A stretch of DNA of 64,000 nt from Heterodontus francisci. Its lineage: Eukaryota. A program made the translations under genes and the position numbers. The number at the start of each line of letters is the position of its first letter. The first letter of the stretch is position 1. The notes below the pieces were generated by a model. It worked only from the letters and a program-made list of their open reading frames with translations, was not told the origin of the DNA and searched no databases. The stretch lies in assembly GCF_036365525.1 (NCBI RefSeq), contig NC_090395.1, forward strand, positions 46,878,136-46,942,135, given 5' to 3'. Positions 61,690 through 64,000 of this stretch are shown piece after piece.

Positions 61690-62110
61690 ACAGTAATGTC
61701 AATTGGCAATGTCAATGAACTAGTAATTCAGAGGCTCAGGCCAATGCCCTAAGGATACAGTTATAAATCCCACCACGGCAGCTGGTGGAATTTAAATTCA
61801 ATTAATTAATAAATTCCATTAATAAAATAAAATTCTGGAATTGAAAGCTAGTCTCAGTAATAGTGCCATGAAACCATCATCGATTGTCATAAAAACACAA
61901 CTGGTTCACTAATGTCCTTTAGGGAAGGAAATCTGCTGTCTTTACCTGGTCTGGCCTACATGTGACTCCAGACCCACAGCAATGTGGTTGACTCTTAACT
62001 GCCCTCTGAAATGGCCTAGCAGGCCACTCAGTTCTCATGGGCAATTAGGGATGGGCAACAAATGCTGGCCTTGCTAGCGATGCCCACATCCCATGAAAGA
62101 ATTAAAAAAA
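61690..62110 (+). mobile_element. SINE family B
   Basis: Same body and tail as 49581-49972. Confidence 0.88.
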
Positions 62111-63477
62111 GCAGTGACATGCTGCTAATGAATAGTGTGGATTACATTGGCTGTACACCTGAATCATTTTGATGAGTTGCCAGCACCAGTTTTATATGGG
62201 CCAAGTGTGTGCACCTGTTTCCAGGCACCATCACTGTTCTAACCATGGTATCATTCACCTGCCTAAGGTGAACGTGAATGGCAGACTGATGTTACCCATT
62301 TCCCTGTGGCAGCCTGGAAGGAGCTGGGGCTTAGAAGTTCAGAGCTTCAGTGATCTTGACTTTAACAGGCTCTGCTACATTATCTATGCAGTACGTCTTG
62401 TTACATTAGGGAGGTTGTCACAGAGTTGTGTCATCTAGAGAAGTGCAATCTCCTTATGTACTGCAAACTGCAGTTGTCCTGGACTTAAAGACGGTGTTGG
62501 GAAGTTAAGGAGCTGAGAAGCTAAGCATACCTCTCTCCCTAGTTACTTTCTCTGTTGCAGCAACACTTTGAAACCTTCTAAGTAGCAAACTTGCTACTTT
62601 TCAATACAAGCAAAATATCTCCTAAGACTTTCCAATGTTTTACCAGAGAGCAGTTGAGGTTGCCTTAAAAAAATGCCAGACTTGTGCAACCCATAGTTTG
62701 TGGCAGTAATCAGAAACTAGTGGAAGCGACATAGGCAGATATGAGAATGGTGTTGGGGCCCCCATTACATGATCATCTGACCCCCAATTAACATCTATTC
62801 ATTGGGCGCTCCCCATGTTTCAGACGGGAAACTCTGGCTGCCTAAATCAAGATCTGCCTGACGTCAGAACAGGAAGTCAATCAATGGTAAATCACCAGTT
62901 TTGTATCCTTGTGATTTTGGCTCAGCTACTGCTCCATTCTTAAGTGTAAATAGACGGATAAATAAATTACATTTTGTACTCTATGTAAAATGTGGACTGA
63001 ATTACATCTTCAGACCTTGGTCCAACTACCCCTTGCTGTCAAATCTTGTTCCACCTGAAGATTACACTTAGCTCTGACTTGCTTTGTGTGAAGCAACAGC
63101 AGATCTTTATAAACAAGTTTAGAATTCCATTATATATAGCAGCAAAAGAAATCTTCCTGTGTACCAGATTGGTGATAATCAAAAATAGAATTATAATTTC
63201 TTTAACTACTCTGTGGAGAGCACAATCTCTCAGACAGTAGTGCTGATAACTGCAATAATCATCAAAGTCTTGCTTAAAAGCAGTTTAAAAATGTATTTCC
63301 AGTGTTGTGGATGTGACTGGAGTGCCCCATAGCATATTTAAGATCACCATGCTCCATTACATCGCAATTACTATGCAACATTTTTATACTCTTGTATTGG
63401 TTTAATTGTTAGGAACTTCTCCAAACCACTCCCATCAATCCCTTTTACTACTTTTAGCTCGTAAGGAGGAAAAATGA

Positions 63478-63905
63478 AAAACTTGCAGTTATATTACAGC
63501 TGACCACATCTCAGAAATATATCAAAGGACTTCAGGTATGACTAAGTACTTTTGATGACTGTGTTATAATAGCTATTTTGCACACAGCAAGATCCCACAG
63601 ACAGCAAAGATGAATGAATCAAGTAATTCGCTTGCCTTGTTATTGGTTCAGAAATATTGACCAGGATACTAGGAAACCTGCCTGTTCTTGTTCAGATAGT
63701 GCCTTGGGATTTTTCACATCCATTTCGACCATCTGGACCACTGGAACAAACAAGATCTTGGTTCAACATCTTTACTGAAAGATGGCAATTTTGACAAGGT
63801 AGCGTTCTTTCATTATCACACTGGAGTGCCAACCTAGATCTTGTGCTTACGGGTTGGACTGGTACTGAATTTCAGTTTTATCACTCAGAGTTGAGCCAGG
63901 TTGAT
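63478..63905 (-). mobile_element. Decayed Deu-domain SINE
   Basis: L2-like tail (ACTTGCA.TTATA), GCACACAGCAAGATCCCACA.ACAGCAA and CCTG.TCTT.TTCA.ATAGTGCC.TGGGAT.TTT.ACATCCA. Confidence 0.7.
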
Positions 63906-64000
63906 GCTGATGCATATTGGCATTTAAACACATTTTCTCCTTACAGCTTCTAGTTCCAGCTTCCCTTGAGTTCAAATCATCTTTTGCAAAGACTTAAAAG

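Noticed and set aside
1-64000. Host protein-coding gene
   Set aside because: Every ORF with recognisable motifs is transposon-derived. The remaining short ORFs lack homology I can recognise and lack a consistent splice pattern. Small exons cannot be excluded.

Overview
Eukaryotic, repeat-dominated DNA with no recognisable host protein-coding exon, so probably a gene desert or large intron. The repeat set points to a cartilaginous fish (shark): HE1-type V-SINEs with their CR1/HER1-type LINE partner, Deu-domain SINEs with an L2 partner, and a second tRNA-SINE family. This taxonomic call is from recalled repeat families, not a database search. Best-preserved elements: (i) a young, apparently full-length RTE-clade LINE (21890-26390, minus) with APE+RT+C-terminal zinc finger, broken only by a 2-nt duplication, carrying a candidate HDV-like ribozyme and an unusual patchwork 5' junction; (ii) a 5'-truncated Penelope-like element (32248-34398, minus; RT+GIY-YIG, 11-bp TSD) with a minimal hammerhead ribozyme motif; (iii) several decayed PIF/Harbinger elements (transposase plus intron-containing Myb/SANT gene) and many MITEs with 3-bp TSDs; (iv) six related TGT...ACA LTRs. 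Two deep nested-insertion stacks can be reconstructed (9.07-11.83 kb and 30.7-39.7 kb). I see no clearly new biological system; the most interesting items are the two candidate ribozymes and the RTE 5' leader/junction.
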